Assembly: GCA_047495785.1 (NCBI GenBank) | Contig: JBLDXI010000017.1 | Span: 1,922,001 to 1,986,000 of the forward strand | Length of the DNA: 64,000 bases | From: Lepidodermella squamata | Taxonomy: Eukaryota > Animalia > Gastrotricha | Direction of reading: 5' to 3' | In this document: positions 1 through 12,161 of the stretch, piece after piece | Position numbering within the stretch: the stretch's first letter is position 1 | Layout of the letters: every line of letters starts with the position of its first letter | Notes under the pieces: generated by a model | Seen by the model: the letters and a program-made list of their open reading frames with translations, nothing else | Database searches by the model: none | What the model was told of the DNA's origin: nothing | Made by a program: the position numbers and the translations under genes

Positions 1-32
1 GCATGCCACCTTAAATTTCAATGCAAATTATT

Positions 33-203
33 ACATCGCGGGGTGGGCGACAGAAAGACTTGCCTAAAATAGAAACAAATGGCGTTTTTGCATCTCCGCC
101 AAGTCAGTCGCGTGCCTGTGATTCCTAAAGAACGCGTTTCGGATCATTAAATGTCATCTGTTTCTATTCTAGACAAGTCATTCTGACGGCCACCCCGTGA
201 TAT
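33..203. mobile_element. Short MITE-like inverted-repeat element
   Basis: About 55-bp imperfect inverted repeats: 35-89 (ATCGCGGGGTGGGCGACAGAAAGACTTGCCTAAAATAGAAAC) vs the reverse complement of ~150-201 (ATCACGGGGTGGCCGTCAGAATGACTTGTCTAGAATAGAAAC). No coding capacity; TSD unclear. Confidence 0.6.
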
Positions 204-463
204 GCCACTATATCGGGGCATTTCAAAATAAGCGTAAAACTTCACTTGGTTGGGCATGATAAAAGGACTGCCAGGAACTCAAAAAACCATATGTTAGGAG
301 CAGGAACCTCGAGTTTAGGCACATCCAATCTGAAATCATCCAAAAACAAAAATTGGGTTAAAAAGAAATTTTTCATAAATTTATTGTTCGAATTGCCAGT
401 TTTCAAAACTTGAGTAAAAAATGTTTGAGCAAATTAGTTTCACCCTTATTATTATTATGAATT

Positions 464-2340
464 TTATTCAGTTGTCTGGCACCACCACGCCTTGAAAAAT
501 CCAACATCATCGATCGCAATATCGGAAGATCCGCGCCGATCCGCGCCAACTGTTGCTTGGAAAGAGACTCGAAAAAGGGTGGTAACATCGCGCGGAACTG
601 CAACCTGCGCATTGTTCCACTGGCCACCCTTGAAGCCGCGAATAACCAACAAAGGGCGCACATCGTCAAGCCCGGTTGTTGCCGACCGGGTAACAAGAGA
701 TACAGCAAGCCTGCCGGTGTAACTGCCGGCTTTGTAGTACCAGAAATTGATACAGTCAACGTCGGTGATGTTGAACTCGCGTTTCGACGCCAACACGGCT
801 ACGTCGCCGGGAAATCGGCCTCGAGAGACGGCCGCTGCGAATTGGCCATCTTTCGACGACTTTGTATGGTCTACTTTCGGCAATATTGCGCCAAGAACTC
901 TGTCGACACTAGTAGCACTTCCCTTCGTCACCTAAATTAGCGACAAAAAAATAATTTTGAATTAAAATTTTTTGAAAATTTTGAAATTTAAATTTAAATT
1001 TTGAAAAATTCCTTAAAATATAAATTAAAATTAAAATTATTTCAAATTTCTTATATTACCTGCCAATTGAATGTTGCCAGGTCCCAATTTTCAAGCAAAT
1101 TCAGGCAGAAAGTTGAATCTTCGAAATCGCAGAAATATGTATACAACTGAGTAACGTCCCGCGTTGTAGTCGGCGTCGTTCTAACAGTCGTCGGTTTCGG
1201 CGTTATGAAATAGGCAAACGACCTCGCGACTGTGAATTTAAATCCCGATCCTTTCGGATAGCCCTCGCCATAAATTCGGAAGGCAATGTAAATCGAATTT
1301 GATGTCGTTTTAAAAATGTCACGCGGCCGTTCGTTGCCGCATAACGACGCAACTGTTGGGTAAGAGCTGTTGATTCCGTCGTAGATAAACAGTCCAGCTA
1401 GGGAGCAATTCGGCGAATTCTCTATATCGAACCATGAAAATTGAACAGCAATTATCGTCCGGCGAACACGTGGGTCATCATCGTTTTCAGCGTCGTAGTA
1501 GTCAGGTGTTAATTCAAGCGGAACGGTGACGAGCCAGCTTTCATTCTTGTACATTCGATCATTCTCGTCGGCGGAATTTTCTATTCGGACAAACGTTTCG
1601 TTTTCGTAAATTGTCGGCACTTCCCCGTCCAAATTCAGGTCGGAATCACCTTGGTATGGGATTAAATGACTAGGCGGCTTGAAAGGCGCCACTGTTGTGC
1701 TCGGGGGCGGTTCGGTCTTGAAAAACTGGCAGGTCGAGTTGAAAACGTGAATGCTTTTCAGGTAGATTATACTATCGACCGATATATCCTCTCGTCTCAG
1801 TCGAGTTCCATTCAGCAATAGGACTATGGTAGAATCCACCATTATTTGCAACGTTTCGACCAACCATGAGTTATGGCAACTTTCGCCCTGAGTTTTTCTC
1901 CAGATCAATTTCGAACTATTTTGAATAGGATAGCCGTAACTTAGCAGCTGGAGTGAGTTGTCGCGATTCCCACACATTTTGTAAACTATCGTAATACAGT
2001 AAGGAATCGCTGCGATCTTATAATTCTGCCCTAATCCAGGTAGAAGCGGGAAACTGGCAACGGCTGCTGAACCGCTTTGATTTGTATAAAAATAGCCGCT
2101 GGAATGGTCGATCCCAGGTAACTTCGGACCGGCTGTGTATCCGCTGATGAGCCATCGAGGATCTCGCTCGAGAAAACGCCATTTAGGACAATCCTCGAAA
2201 GTGCACATCATATAGGGCTGAAGTAGGTTAGGCGGCGCCAGCAATGGGGTAGCCATGGTTGTAACATTCAGCTTGTAAATCGCCGAAACCCCTAACACGT
2301 TACCGAATACCAGCAGACATAGCTCAATATTCGAAAACAT
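464..2340 (-). CDS. Secreted MAM-like/CUB/MAM protein, 2 exons (intron ~933-1059)
   Basis: Signal peptide; CUB motifs (FDIENSPNCS, IYDG, LCG, GSGFKF); MAM motifs (CDFEDSTFC, CINFWYY, GGQW, DIAIDDV); GTAATA...ATTTAG intron joins ORFs 1051..2340 and 464..931. Confidence 0.85.
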
Positions 2341-2759
2341 TGTAAAACCTAAATTTCAGCATTCAGCATTCATTTTTAGTGATAATTCAAGTTTTTTTAA
2401 TAAATTAAACTTAAAAAAATCGCTTAAGAGACTAAGTGTGGTAGTTTTCTAGTCGTGTAATTTTATTAAGCGCGCGAGTTCGAAAAAGCGTGCCGCTCGC
2501 GGTCAGGTAAACAAAAAGATGCGCGCACCGTGTGACCGCGCGAGCTTTGTGTCCGAAAAAAACATCTTTAGCCGCAGCTTTTTAAAAATGAGTCTATGAC
2601 ATTGCTGGCTCGAGCTTTCATGCAGCACATGCATCATTATGTTTACCAGCCAACAATTTTCATATTTTTCGCATCTATTGCTCTGGTGTAAAATTTTACC
2701 GACTGCTAGCCACTGTCTATTATATACTACACATCATTCTACAGTCATTCTTTTTTGCC

Positions 2760-3547
2760 ATGAATAATTGGCTCGACATTGGAAAGTCGCTTATTTTCGC
2801 CGTTTTAGCGCTGCTTTTACAAAAAACCTCGGTAACATCTCTATGAACCTATTCGGCCTCATTTTTTCATTAAGAAAATTTTAATTTTCAAGGCTAATTA
2901 TTGCAAGCTACCATCAACACCTCATATGCTCATTACAATAAATGGCATGAGAGTAAGGGCCGGTTCGCTGATTCCTGCAGGGACAGAAATCGCATTCGCC
3001 TGCGCTTCTGGATATTGGCTGACAAAAGCTGGTGAAGACATCTCAATCAAAACGTATTGCCTTCAATCTGGCCGATTCTTAGCCGATGTTGGAATATGCG
3101 TTCCAGGCAAGCCTTACTTATTCTAGAAAATTCCTATTGATATTTCAGAATTTAGATTGCAAAGACCTGCCAAGGGTCGAGCATGGCGAGTTATCTGGAG
3201 TTGAAGTGGACGAAAACGGTGTTCAATTTCGGAAAATTAACTGCGACCGGAATTACAAAATCATCACGCAAACAAAGGACATTCAGTGCAGCGATGCGAC
3301 AGGCGGCGAGTGGACCGATCCTGACCCGTGTGTCCGGGTCTGCGGGCGGCTACCTACAATACAAAACGGCATCATCATGGCGACAAGCAACTACGATCGG
3401 CATGTTGGTTCGACTCGGCGTGTTGTCTGCGATAACGGCTACATTCTATCAGGCTCGTCATCTGTAGTTTGCGGACGAGACGGCAAGTGGCAAGTTTCAG
3501 CGACGTGTTGGCGGGCTGGCCAACGAAGATCTCAACCTCAGAATTGA
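2760..3547 (+). CDS. Small secreted sushi/CCP-repeat protein (3 CCP), 3 exons
   Basis: Exon 1 2760-2831 encodes a signal peptide (MNNWLDIGKSLIFAVLALLLQKTS); introns 2832-2892 and ~3100-3148; three C..P..NG...C..GY.L...C...G.W...C modules; AATAAA just after the stop. Confidence 0.8.
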
Positions 3548-3673
3548 TTCAAATAAAATGCTATTTTTGACGAAACCAATTTTTATTGTTTGAAACAACA
3601 GATTTTTTTGCATAAATAGCGAGGGCATGCTTGATTAATTCGCAACTATTCAAGCTGTGATGATACATTAGTT

Positions 3674-4334
3674 TTACGAGCAAAGCGGAGGGTGGATGAT
3701 GCTGATTGAAACATTGTCGTCACTTTTGCCGATTGAGATGAAGAGAGGCTGTTCGTACCAGTAGTAGACGTCGAAGGAAGACGGCCCAACTATGCAGGCC
3801 CAATCGCCGCCGAAAGCCAGATTGAACTGGTTCTGGACGTAGTTCGAAATTTCGTCGTAAGCTGTGAATAGCTTGAAGCCAAGCGTGACGAAATGCAACG
3901 CATCTTGCTTGGTAGCCTCAGTTAATTTACTATGGGTGTTCGGCAGGAAGTAAAATTTGCTCTAAAAAACACAAAAAAATCCTAAAAAAAATATCGAAAT
4001 TAAACAAAATTACCGTATCAAGCGGCCGAGACGTAGGAGCAGCTGTGAGGTGCGGCTTTAGCCTTGAGCAAATTTCTTTAAAAATGATTACATCAATATC
4101 ACCCCGGCGTAGATGAACATAATTAGGCGCGACGTATTTGCCGCTGATCGCCATGGTAGCTGGTCCGATGATGGTGCCCCAATAATTGCCGTAGATAGTA
4201 TTAAACCGCTCGCTGATGTATTTGACCCGGTCGAACACGGTAAGGCCGTAACGGAAGGCTTGCTGCGTGACATTCAACGCATTTTGCGGCACCAAATCGC
4301 CCAAATTATCGTCCATACTCACAATCGCGAAGTC
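3674..4334 (-). CDS. Two tandem dynein-light-chain (LC8)-like domains, probably 3' exons of the CCP gene
   Basis: After splicing ~4013-3962: QNALNVTQQAF..YISERFNTIYGNYWGTIIG..VIIFK and LTEATKQDALHF..ISNYVQNQFNLAFGGDWACIVG match the recalled LC8 pattern [32 protein letters not shown]. Confidence 0.7.
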
Positions 4335-4497
4335 CTGTTTAGAATGGGGAGGACAAAAATCACGCAAAAAATGCATCTATCATCCCTAATTTCGGGAAAT
4401 TAATCTAAACAAACCACAGTCTTTTTTAGCGGTATAGTTTTCTCGATTTCTAGACAATAATAATTAATTAAATTCGCAGAATTTTTAATAAAAAATT

Positions 4498-6211
4498 TTA
4501 ATTACGGCGAGAACAGGAACCTTTGACACGCCAGGTTCCGTCGTCATGGCAACGAATAATGTTGGACCCATTTAATGAAAACCCGGCCTCGCATCGAAAT
4601 TTGCGCTCCGCCCCCTGGAAGTTGGCGTTCGACATTTCGAAGGTTGCATGCGCAACATCCGGCAGGGTCAAGCAAGCTAAGAAACCATATTATAACCAAA
4701 ATAAGCCGTTTAATTTCACTAATGAATACCAGGCGAGCATACAGAGTCAACAACCCAAACGCCTTGATCGCTGCAGGTCACATTTTCGGCGCCTTGCAGT
4801 GAATAGCCGAAGTTACACGTGATTTTCCTGGCCGCCCCGGACAGCGAACTACCCGGCGCCACGACTCCGTTCGCAACATACGGCACAGTGCCGCAATTTC
4901 TGAAAAGGGTCTGTCTAATATCCTCGCCATTATCACTAGGCTCGTCAATCGATGGCAATTGCTGCTGCTTTTGGCTTTGTTCAAACGCCTCGCCGCCGCC
5001 TAGCCTAATTTCCAAGACCGGGGTTGTAGTCACCCTGGGTGTCTCGGTTGTTTCTACAGCTTCCGTTGTCGATACATGGGAATATCGCCGCAAGTGTGAC
5101 GACCCACCCGGGTGCATTCGATGAGGCGCGACTGAGGTTGGTTCGGTGAAATGGTGGTAAAAATCATCGGCAGTCGGCGAGGTGCTTTCATCATCAGGTT
5201 CCGGTGTGGTACTAACACCAGTTGTAGTATCAGGGTCTGGTGTGGTTGTAGTAGTCGTAGTTGTTGAAGTTGATGTTGAGGTTGAGGTTGAGGTTGTTGT
5301 TGAGGATGAAGTAGGTAAAGTGGTTTTTTCAGTTGAAGTTGAACTATTCACGTTAATAAGGTACGACATACCGGCATCTTCCTTCTCATTGCTAACTTTG
5401 CCCATTGGACTAGCCACGGCCGATGATCGGCTCGCTGGGTGTTCCAACTTGAGCGATATGCACTTGCCAACCTCGTTGGCCCACTGGCCGTCTGTTAAAC
5501 AGAAGGAAAACTCATCGCCGGATAAAGCGTAACCTGGGTCGCAAATGACGCGAATTCGGTTGCCTGGCAACACCTTCGAGTAGTTTTCCGTCACTTCCAT
5601 AACCCGTTTGTAACCGGTGTACGCTAGAATAGCCCCATTTTCGACCAGTACTACCGTGCATTTCGTAACTTGGTGTTCGAGCTGGAAAAAATTACAATTT
5701 ATTTCGAAATTTATGAGAATTTTTTGAAATTATTACTGATGGCTTTGGCGTGCTTGGCGTTTCAGGCGTGCCTGTTGTAGATAGAACAGAACTTGAATAG
5801 TACTGATAATGGAGCTTCGGCACATATCTACAGTGAGTGGTGTCACCGGCCCATTCGCCGTCAACCGTCGACCACTCGCCCCTGGCCGTACAAATTCGCG
5901 TTTGCACGGCTTCGATATGCGGCCCGAACGTGTAGCCACTCAGGCACTGAATCTGAATCTGCGTGCCCGGCGGCACAATTATCGGCACGTTTGTTCGCCC
6001 TGTTATTGTGATGTTCGCATTGTGAATGATGGGCGTTAGACAATGCAAGTCTTTTCCGGACTAAAAATTGAATAATAAAAATACCGCCTTAATAATTTTA
6101 TCAATATCTTACGTTTGCATCACTGTCATCCGTGATGAATCTGCAAAGAATCAATCCAACCAGAAAATTCGAAAAAAGGTGCAATGTTAAAAAGTGTGCA
6201 GTTCGCGGCAT
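4498..6211 (-). CDS. Secreted CCP-CCP-mucin-CCP-CCP protein (may continue into 3674-4334)
   Basis: ATG 6211 with signal peptide; exons 6211-6113, 6060-~5737, ~5681-4730, 4676-4506; four CCP modules and a Ser/Thr-rich stalk. Confidence 0.85.
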
Positions 6212-6788
6212 TTCCTATATGACGAAACAAAAAAAATTGAAAAGAAAAAATGTGAGTGTAAAATTTTAGTGAGTATGTTGTTGCTTTGATGAACTCAAGC
6301 GCGCACTCGCAATTATCTAGATAAACCGGGTTCGAAAACAAACAAAAACTACTTATTATGCTGCGTGAATACATGTTGTATTTTTCCTTCAGGTATCGCA
6401 TGTTTTATCGCAACCACCACCATCATCATCATCATCTCCGACATTATTTGACGGCGTTTCAAATACTTTATTTACCGAGACGGATCGGCTGCACCTTCCG
6501 CGTTCTACACAACAGCGAGGTTACGGGCTGCTATTGTCGCCTCAATTTGAAATCAAACATATATTGGTCTCGTCCGGCGCGCAAATATGCGAGACAAACG
6601 CGCCCCTGTTAGACACGCTAATTTTGGTGTGTGCGAATATTAGCGGCAATTAATTGCGAATAAAATTCGGCGAAAAAACAATGCAAAAGAAATCTCGGCC
6701 GATGACATTTATTTTCTATATCGCGGAAATAATTGAAAAAAAATGATGAGTGGCAAGATTCGAGTTAGAGTTTGCATTTTTCCATCGG

Positions 6789-7062
6789 TCACTTGTAGTG
6801 CAAATTGACAGCGGCGGTATTGCTGCAGACCCGTTGACCGGTTGCTGTAGTACGGCATGACGTCCGTTTGACAGCCTCGCCGGGATGATGCTGCCCGTGT
6901 ATGACAGGGCCCCGATTCACGACATGAGTCTGGCTGCCTACATATCGATGAGCCGAAATAGTGAGAAGGGCCGAACTCTAAAGGAGACATTTTTTAAAGT
7001 AAAAAAATTACCAATTAGTTTACCAGAAGAGCCGCTATTAACAGCAGTATTAACTTCATCAT
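6789..7062 (-). CDS. 75-aa secreted peptide precursor, 2 exons (absent from the ORF track)
   Basis: Exon 7062-7024, 46-nt GTAAAC...TTTAG intron, exon 6977-6789: MMKLILLLIAALLSSALLTISAHRYVGSQTHVVNRGPVIHGQHHPGEAVKRTSCRTTATGQRVCSNTAAVNLHYK*; AATAAA ~75 nt downstream. Confidence 0.7.
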
Positions 7063-7878
7063 GGCAAATTTAATGTGAGAATCAAATGTTGAAAAATACC
7101 ACTTTTGCCAGCTAGAGGTGCTCATTATTTATCGGAGTTTTTTTGATACGGTAACAGTTCACGCTTTGATGCTCATCGTTGCGCAATGTCATAGACTACG
7201 TCACAAGTCACTTTCTTCTTGCATTGCCTCAAATAACTTGACTCAAATAATATCAAAATAAAGCATCGCGCCCAATCACTTTTTGGGTTTTCCTGCTTTG
7301 CCAGCCAGGTGAATTTTTAGAAAATAAAGAGGGGTTCTTGGGCATCGAATGCCGGTTTCCGCAAGTCCGGACGATTTTACCTTGATTTAAGGCTAATTTT
7401 TTAGTCGCCTAGTCTCCTGGCCGGAATCAGGGAACCGGGTGCCCTCGTCGGCCACCTCATCCAGTTACGCTAAACCTTTAAATTATAAGTTTGATACCGT
7501 TAGTTTCGTCTCGGCAAGCTGAGTGTGGAAATCGCCTTCGTTGCCTTACCTGTGAGCTTTTCCCTGCCGACGTGATTCCTGAACCTCTCATGTTTATGGT
7601 AACAAATTACCTGAGAAACGACACGAGCCCCCTCGCGCATGTTAAGAACTAATTTTTTGCGATCACGTGCTTGAAAAATCACGAAAAAAATTGGCTCAAC
7701 AATGCGAATTTCTTGAGTTACGTGCAAATAACCTGCTACATAGCACTCAGTTTCCAAATTTCGGCTGGTGGCAAATTAGGAATTCCTGCTCTATCTTGAA
7801 CCAAACACTTGATGAAAATGTATCAATATTTATTTATTTTTACCGGATTATTGAAAAACTATAAATGGAATGAGAAAA

Positions 7879-9627
7879 TCATTCATCACTTGAGCTATCG
7901 TCACTATCACTTGAGCTTTGACCCATGGCATCACGGGTCGGATTTGCGTCATCAGAATCACTGCTATCGCTTTCCTTGTCCTCGTCGTCACGCGGCAGCG
8001 GGATATCTAGTATTTCAGCCTGATTATCATCCAAATCCTGGCCAGTTTTATTTTTCTCATACATCGAAAGCGCGACGCTAGGCAGAGCGTATAACCGGAA
8101 AGGGCCAGCCTCCGGGATTCGTTTCCCCTTATCGTCGTACAGCAGCCGATCGGCGCAGACGCTGCACATTAAGGTGGGATCTTCCGGGCATAGAAGGCAG
8201 TTCGCCACCGCCCATTTCGCGCCCAATCGCCAGCAACACATGCAAGGTCGGCGGAATTGCCTCTGCCGCATTTGAACCACCGGGTAGCATGCTAACAGCG
8301 AACAATCGGTTGTTTGGTTGAATAGCCTCACGTCCGTTACAACGACTAGATGCTCACAATTGCCTTGGTGAACGTACAAATACGGATAGCCAATTTTCAG
8401 GACAAGAGCTGATAATGGAGTTTTCGCCATTTCTGTCTCGGACTGCTTGAAATCCTGCCCATGGGCCAGCGCGTGGTCTACCACGATTTTAGACAAACTT
8501 TTCGCCTCAGGGTGGCGCATGTCGTCGTAAAAAGTATTGTTGAAACAGAAATAGCCACTTGGATAGCGGTCTTTGGTGATCGGAATCGGGCCTTCTGTTA
8601 TGGCGGTTGGTCGGTCCGAAAAATCACCCGCGAGTGACGAGTAATCGTACTCGCAGACAATCAGATCGCGCAAATCAGCCAGCGTATTGCAGCCCAACAG
8701 CAGATATTCACCCAATATCGTAGTCTTGAAAAATAAAGAACGTTTCAGATGAGAACAAAAATCTAATAGGAATTCAAACCTTGAATTTTCTAGTGGCGAC
8801 GTAAGGTTTGAAAACTTGAACGGTGATCAAAAGGTCATCTGGCGCTACTTTCGGGCTAGATGCAAATGCTTCTTCAGGATGGTGATGCGGTCCTAGTAAT
8901 ATCTATATCAATTCAGTTAGCAATCAAATCGAAAAAAATTAAGAATGGTAAACCTTTTTAACATCTGGTTCCCGAGTATCAGACATATTGCTGACATCCA
9001 TACTGGCAGTTTGATCATTTGAATTGGAGTTTGGCTCTCCTCTCTGGCCTTCAGAGTGTTTCTGTTTAGCAAGTTCAGCTGCTCTCCGCTTCAACTCTTC
9101 GCGAAACAGTCTTAAATCAAATAGTTTGCGCAATTCAGTAATAATTTGCTAGATACTTACAGTACAGATCTCAAAGTACTAGCTTGTGGTGTTGGATCCA
9201 AAGCTTGCGGTGGAACGCTGTTAGCAACAAGATCAGTCAATTTGATGCCACTTGTTGAAGTCGCCAACAACCCAGGGTGAAGTGCGGCGATTGACGGTGG
9301 TGTTGATCGAGAATACAAATGAGATGGGCTAAATTAGATTAGTCAGTAACCTTCAGATGAAATATCAACAAAAGCATACTCGCAAGACTTTTTCAGCTCT
9401 GCCATTATATCTGTAGGAATAGAGGTTTGCCATTGGTTAGCTGTCTTCTGAGAAAGCGATTCAGCAGTAACAGGCACTTTTCCATTCTCGTGGCCGAAAG
9501 ACTCCGAAAACTTCGAACGGAAGCGGTCAAAGCTGATCAGTTCAGAAAATTTCAACGCAGTGCCGGGAGTAATTCGGGTGCCCTCTTGTGGTCGCGTAGG
9601 CCTTGCTACAGTCGCTTCTTCATCCAT
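7879..9627 (-). CDS. SNAPC3: snRNA-activating protein complex subunit 3 (SNAP50), multi-exon
   Basis: Last exon has TLADLRDLIVC, SGYFCFNNTFYDDMR, GYPYLYVHQGNCEH and CxxC...CxxC, the SNAP50 zinc-finger region; upstream exons joined by short GT-AG introns; start ATG is inferred. Confidence 0.9.
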
Positions 9628-9673
9628 CCTTATTTCTCTCAAACAAACTAAAGCAAGAAAAAGATATTATACA

Positions 9674-9677
<4 letters not shown>

Positions 9678-9720
<43 letters not shown>
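9678..9720 (+). repeat. (GA)n microsatellite, ~21 units
   Basis: Perfect GA dinucleotide run. Confidence 0.98.
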
Positions 9721-9722
<2 letters not shown>

Positions 9723-9960
9723 ATCAATAATAACACTTAGATCACGTACAGAATCGGAAGAGTCGATTATGCTAGAGCTTAACGTTAAAGGAGTTGAAGG
9801 GTTATCTTTCCCAAACGAGAGAACAGAACATTTACTAATTGCAATTTCAAGTTGCCGCTTATCACACCATGAGACAACAGCATCACTGGCTTCTTGAAGT
9901 CGGGGTGAGGAGGTAGCAGAGAAAATATGAGCAATTTTTGAGTCAGCGGCGATTAGGGAG
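9715..9960 (-). mobile_element. LINE (CR1/L2-like) reverse-transcriptase fragment
   Basis: Minus-strand translation LIAADSKI...LQEASDAVVSWCDKRQLEIAISKCSVLSFG...VRDLSVIIDNSL resembles the post-YADD region of non-LTR RTs (LQ.DL..W...KC....DLGV.ID..L). Confidence 0.75.
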
Positions 9961-10149
9961 GCGAAAGAGCCAAGCTGTTATAGATATATTATAATTATAG
10001 ATGTAAGAAAAAGATAGCAAGAAAGCCCAATCACCATTTCTGGTGGTATTCTTGGGCTGGTGGTTTTCACAGGTGCTATCCACGGAACGAAAGACATTGA
10101 AGGTTCCGGAGTAGTGGTTACTGGTTACAACTACATGCGAGTCAATCAG

Positions 10150-11790
10150 CCGATTTAAAATTGCTTTTCTACCAGCGAGCGGAATGTCGTTTCGTCCAGC
10201 GAAGCCTCTTTGCAGCCACCGTGGGGGTTTTGCCGCCTTCGACACGGAGTCTCATCGCGGAAACCGTCTGCCACAGTCTCCGCAGTCCTCCAGTTTTGAT
10301 TTTTTGTGCTATTTGATAAAAAAAAATCCCGCTCAAAGTCATGTGAAGGACACTGCAAGGTATTATTAGAAATACATATTTCCTGGATATTATAATGTTG
10401 CCAAAATATTATATCCATTTTTTTTAATTTGTGACCTTGAACCATATATAGCCTGAGATGTGCCGCGAAATATTTGAATTCGATATATAGAGACATTCCG
10501 AACGACACGCACGTGCATGGGTGCGATCATTGCGAATTAGTTTCGAACTTGGGCCAAGGCTTTGACATACCGGATTGGCAGCGGAAACTGGATTGTCGCA
10601 CCAAGGAGCCATTTCGGATGAACTTATGACTATGACCAGCGGATTTGCATGTATTTTCAGCCCTACTGAGATACTGTAAAATTGGTAATCGCAGTGACTT
10701 GATTTTCGCGTTTCCGCTGTCCAACCTTCAGACCGCGTCAATTTTGGAATGATCGTTATTCATCACACAGAATGGAGAAACAACATATTCTATGTACTGA
10801 TTTAGGCTTTAGGCTTCAGGGTAGCAGCCTTGGTCCAGTGAATGTCACTATGCATGATGCTCCAATTTTTGGGATATGGCAAATTCGCATGGCACCGATC
10901 TGTATGTAGTACCTTGATATGTTACTTGCGGGGCAACACTCGGCCAGTCTGTGTTGTTCCGACGACAATAGTAATTTCACGCTTATTGTCGGTAGACATA
11001 ATGGCAACTTGTTTGGATCTTTGCAAGGTTCCATTCTTACGGAAGATATACGCGACAAAATTGACCTTCGTCCACTCGGAAGCGGGAACAATTCGGGTTC
11101 CCGTTTCATCGAGGTTAATAAAAGGTCGTTAGGGACAGCGAACTTCGCTGCTAAGGCTTGACAGTCAAGGGTAAACTGGCTGATGACTAACTCAGAATTG
11201 GGCACATCTGCCTTCGTCGATTTCGTCCCCTTTCGGCGGCTATAATTCATCCAGTCTTAAAGGCTGCGGGCCCAAGCCTTGCCCAATTCGACGGTCCCGC
11301 CGCGTGACATCACGACATGTGGGCACTCCAGGTTGACGACGGCTACGCCAACCACCTTTACAAGGGTCGTGTATACTACACTGCCACCATCTCGCAGCGC
11401 ACTAAGGTACTGACGAATCTTCAGATCAACTTTTTCGTGGAGATTTTTCGGTCGATCAGCCATCTTTTTCGATGACTGTTTCACCATTTCGATAGGAGAA
11501 ACACCTTCGGCTATCAGTCGACATTTTACTGAACGATATGTGCTCTCCGCAATTTTTCTTCGTGGAAATAGGCGGGTCTCGGGAGGCGTTTACAGGCCCA
11601 ATCTCGATAGTTTTCGAAGTAGTTCAGGTTATTCACGGATGCTAGCATCACTTTGCTTAGAGTCCGAGTTCCATTTTGATTAGCAAAAAACAGTAAATTT
11701 GGGAAGAATACAGGCGTTCTTATAGAAGTTGTACAATGGACGGTCAATATCTTCTCATGCGAACAGTCCCCAGAACTGGCTGCCAAAAAG
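10150..11790 (-). pseudogene. Degraded pogo-like DDE transposase
   Basis: Interrupted frames: KIRQYLSALRDGG..GKAWARSL*DWMNYSRRKGTK (CENPB-type HTH), then NLDETG..VP..WT and SKQVAIMSTDNKREIT...GRVLP...DRCH (DDE_1-like); stops and frameshifts; TIRs not located. Confidence 0.75.
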
Positions 11791-12161
11791 AGCGCTGCCG
11801 TCTACTTTGCTATCGCATACTTGACAGGGAATGTTTATCAAAATGCAGATGGCTCAGTTTTCATCGATGGGCTTTGGGTAGTTTGGATAGTTTTAAAATT
11901 GTTATGCCACGATCACTTGCGGCTAGTAAAGCCGGTTTCCAAGATATATTCTAATTGAGTAGCAGTTCCGAGAAAAACAAATTACCACACAGCTTCAATT
12001 TAGTCACCATCACTTGCGAAGTTTTCCAAAAAATCGCGGATTGTTTTTGTTTGCTATTTGCAAAAAAGTCATTAACTTTGTTTCATGAGCTCCAGGCCAA
12101 TCGTCTTTCCGTAATACGATGTCAAAGAGAGCAACATTTTTACTATTATTTTGCTCCTAGG

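Noticed and set aside
3107-3155. Possible GC-AG intron (CAG|GCAAGC...TTTAG)
   Set aside because: An equally long, phase-compatible GT-AG intron (3100-3148, ending TTTCAG) explains the junction; cannot be called without reads.
6358-6612. Poly-His ORF
   Set aside because: Produced by a short (CAC/CAT)n microsatellite upstream of the CCP gene; no other coding signal.
9676-9897. ORF beginning MRERERERE
   Set aside because: Translation of the (GA)n tract and the antisense strand of a LINE fragment.
10801-10820. TTTAGGC x2 as interstitial telomeric repeat or taxon clue
   Set aside because: Only two units, inside a decayed transposase; consistent with chance.
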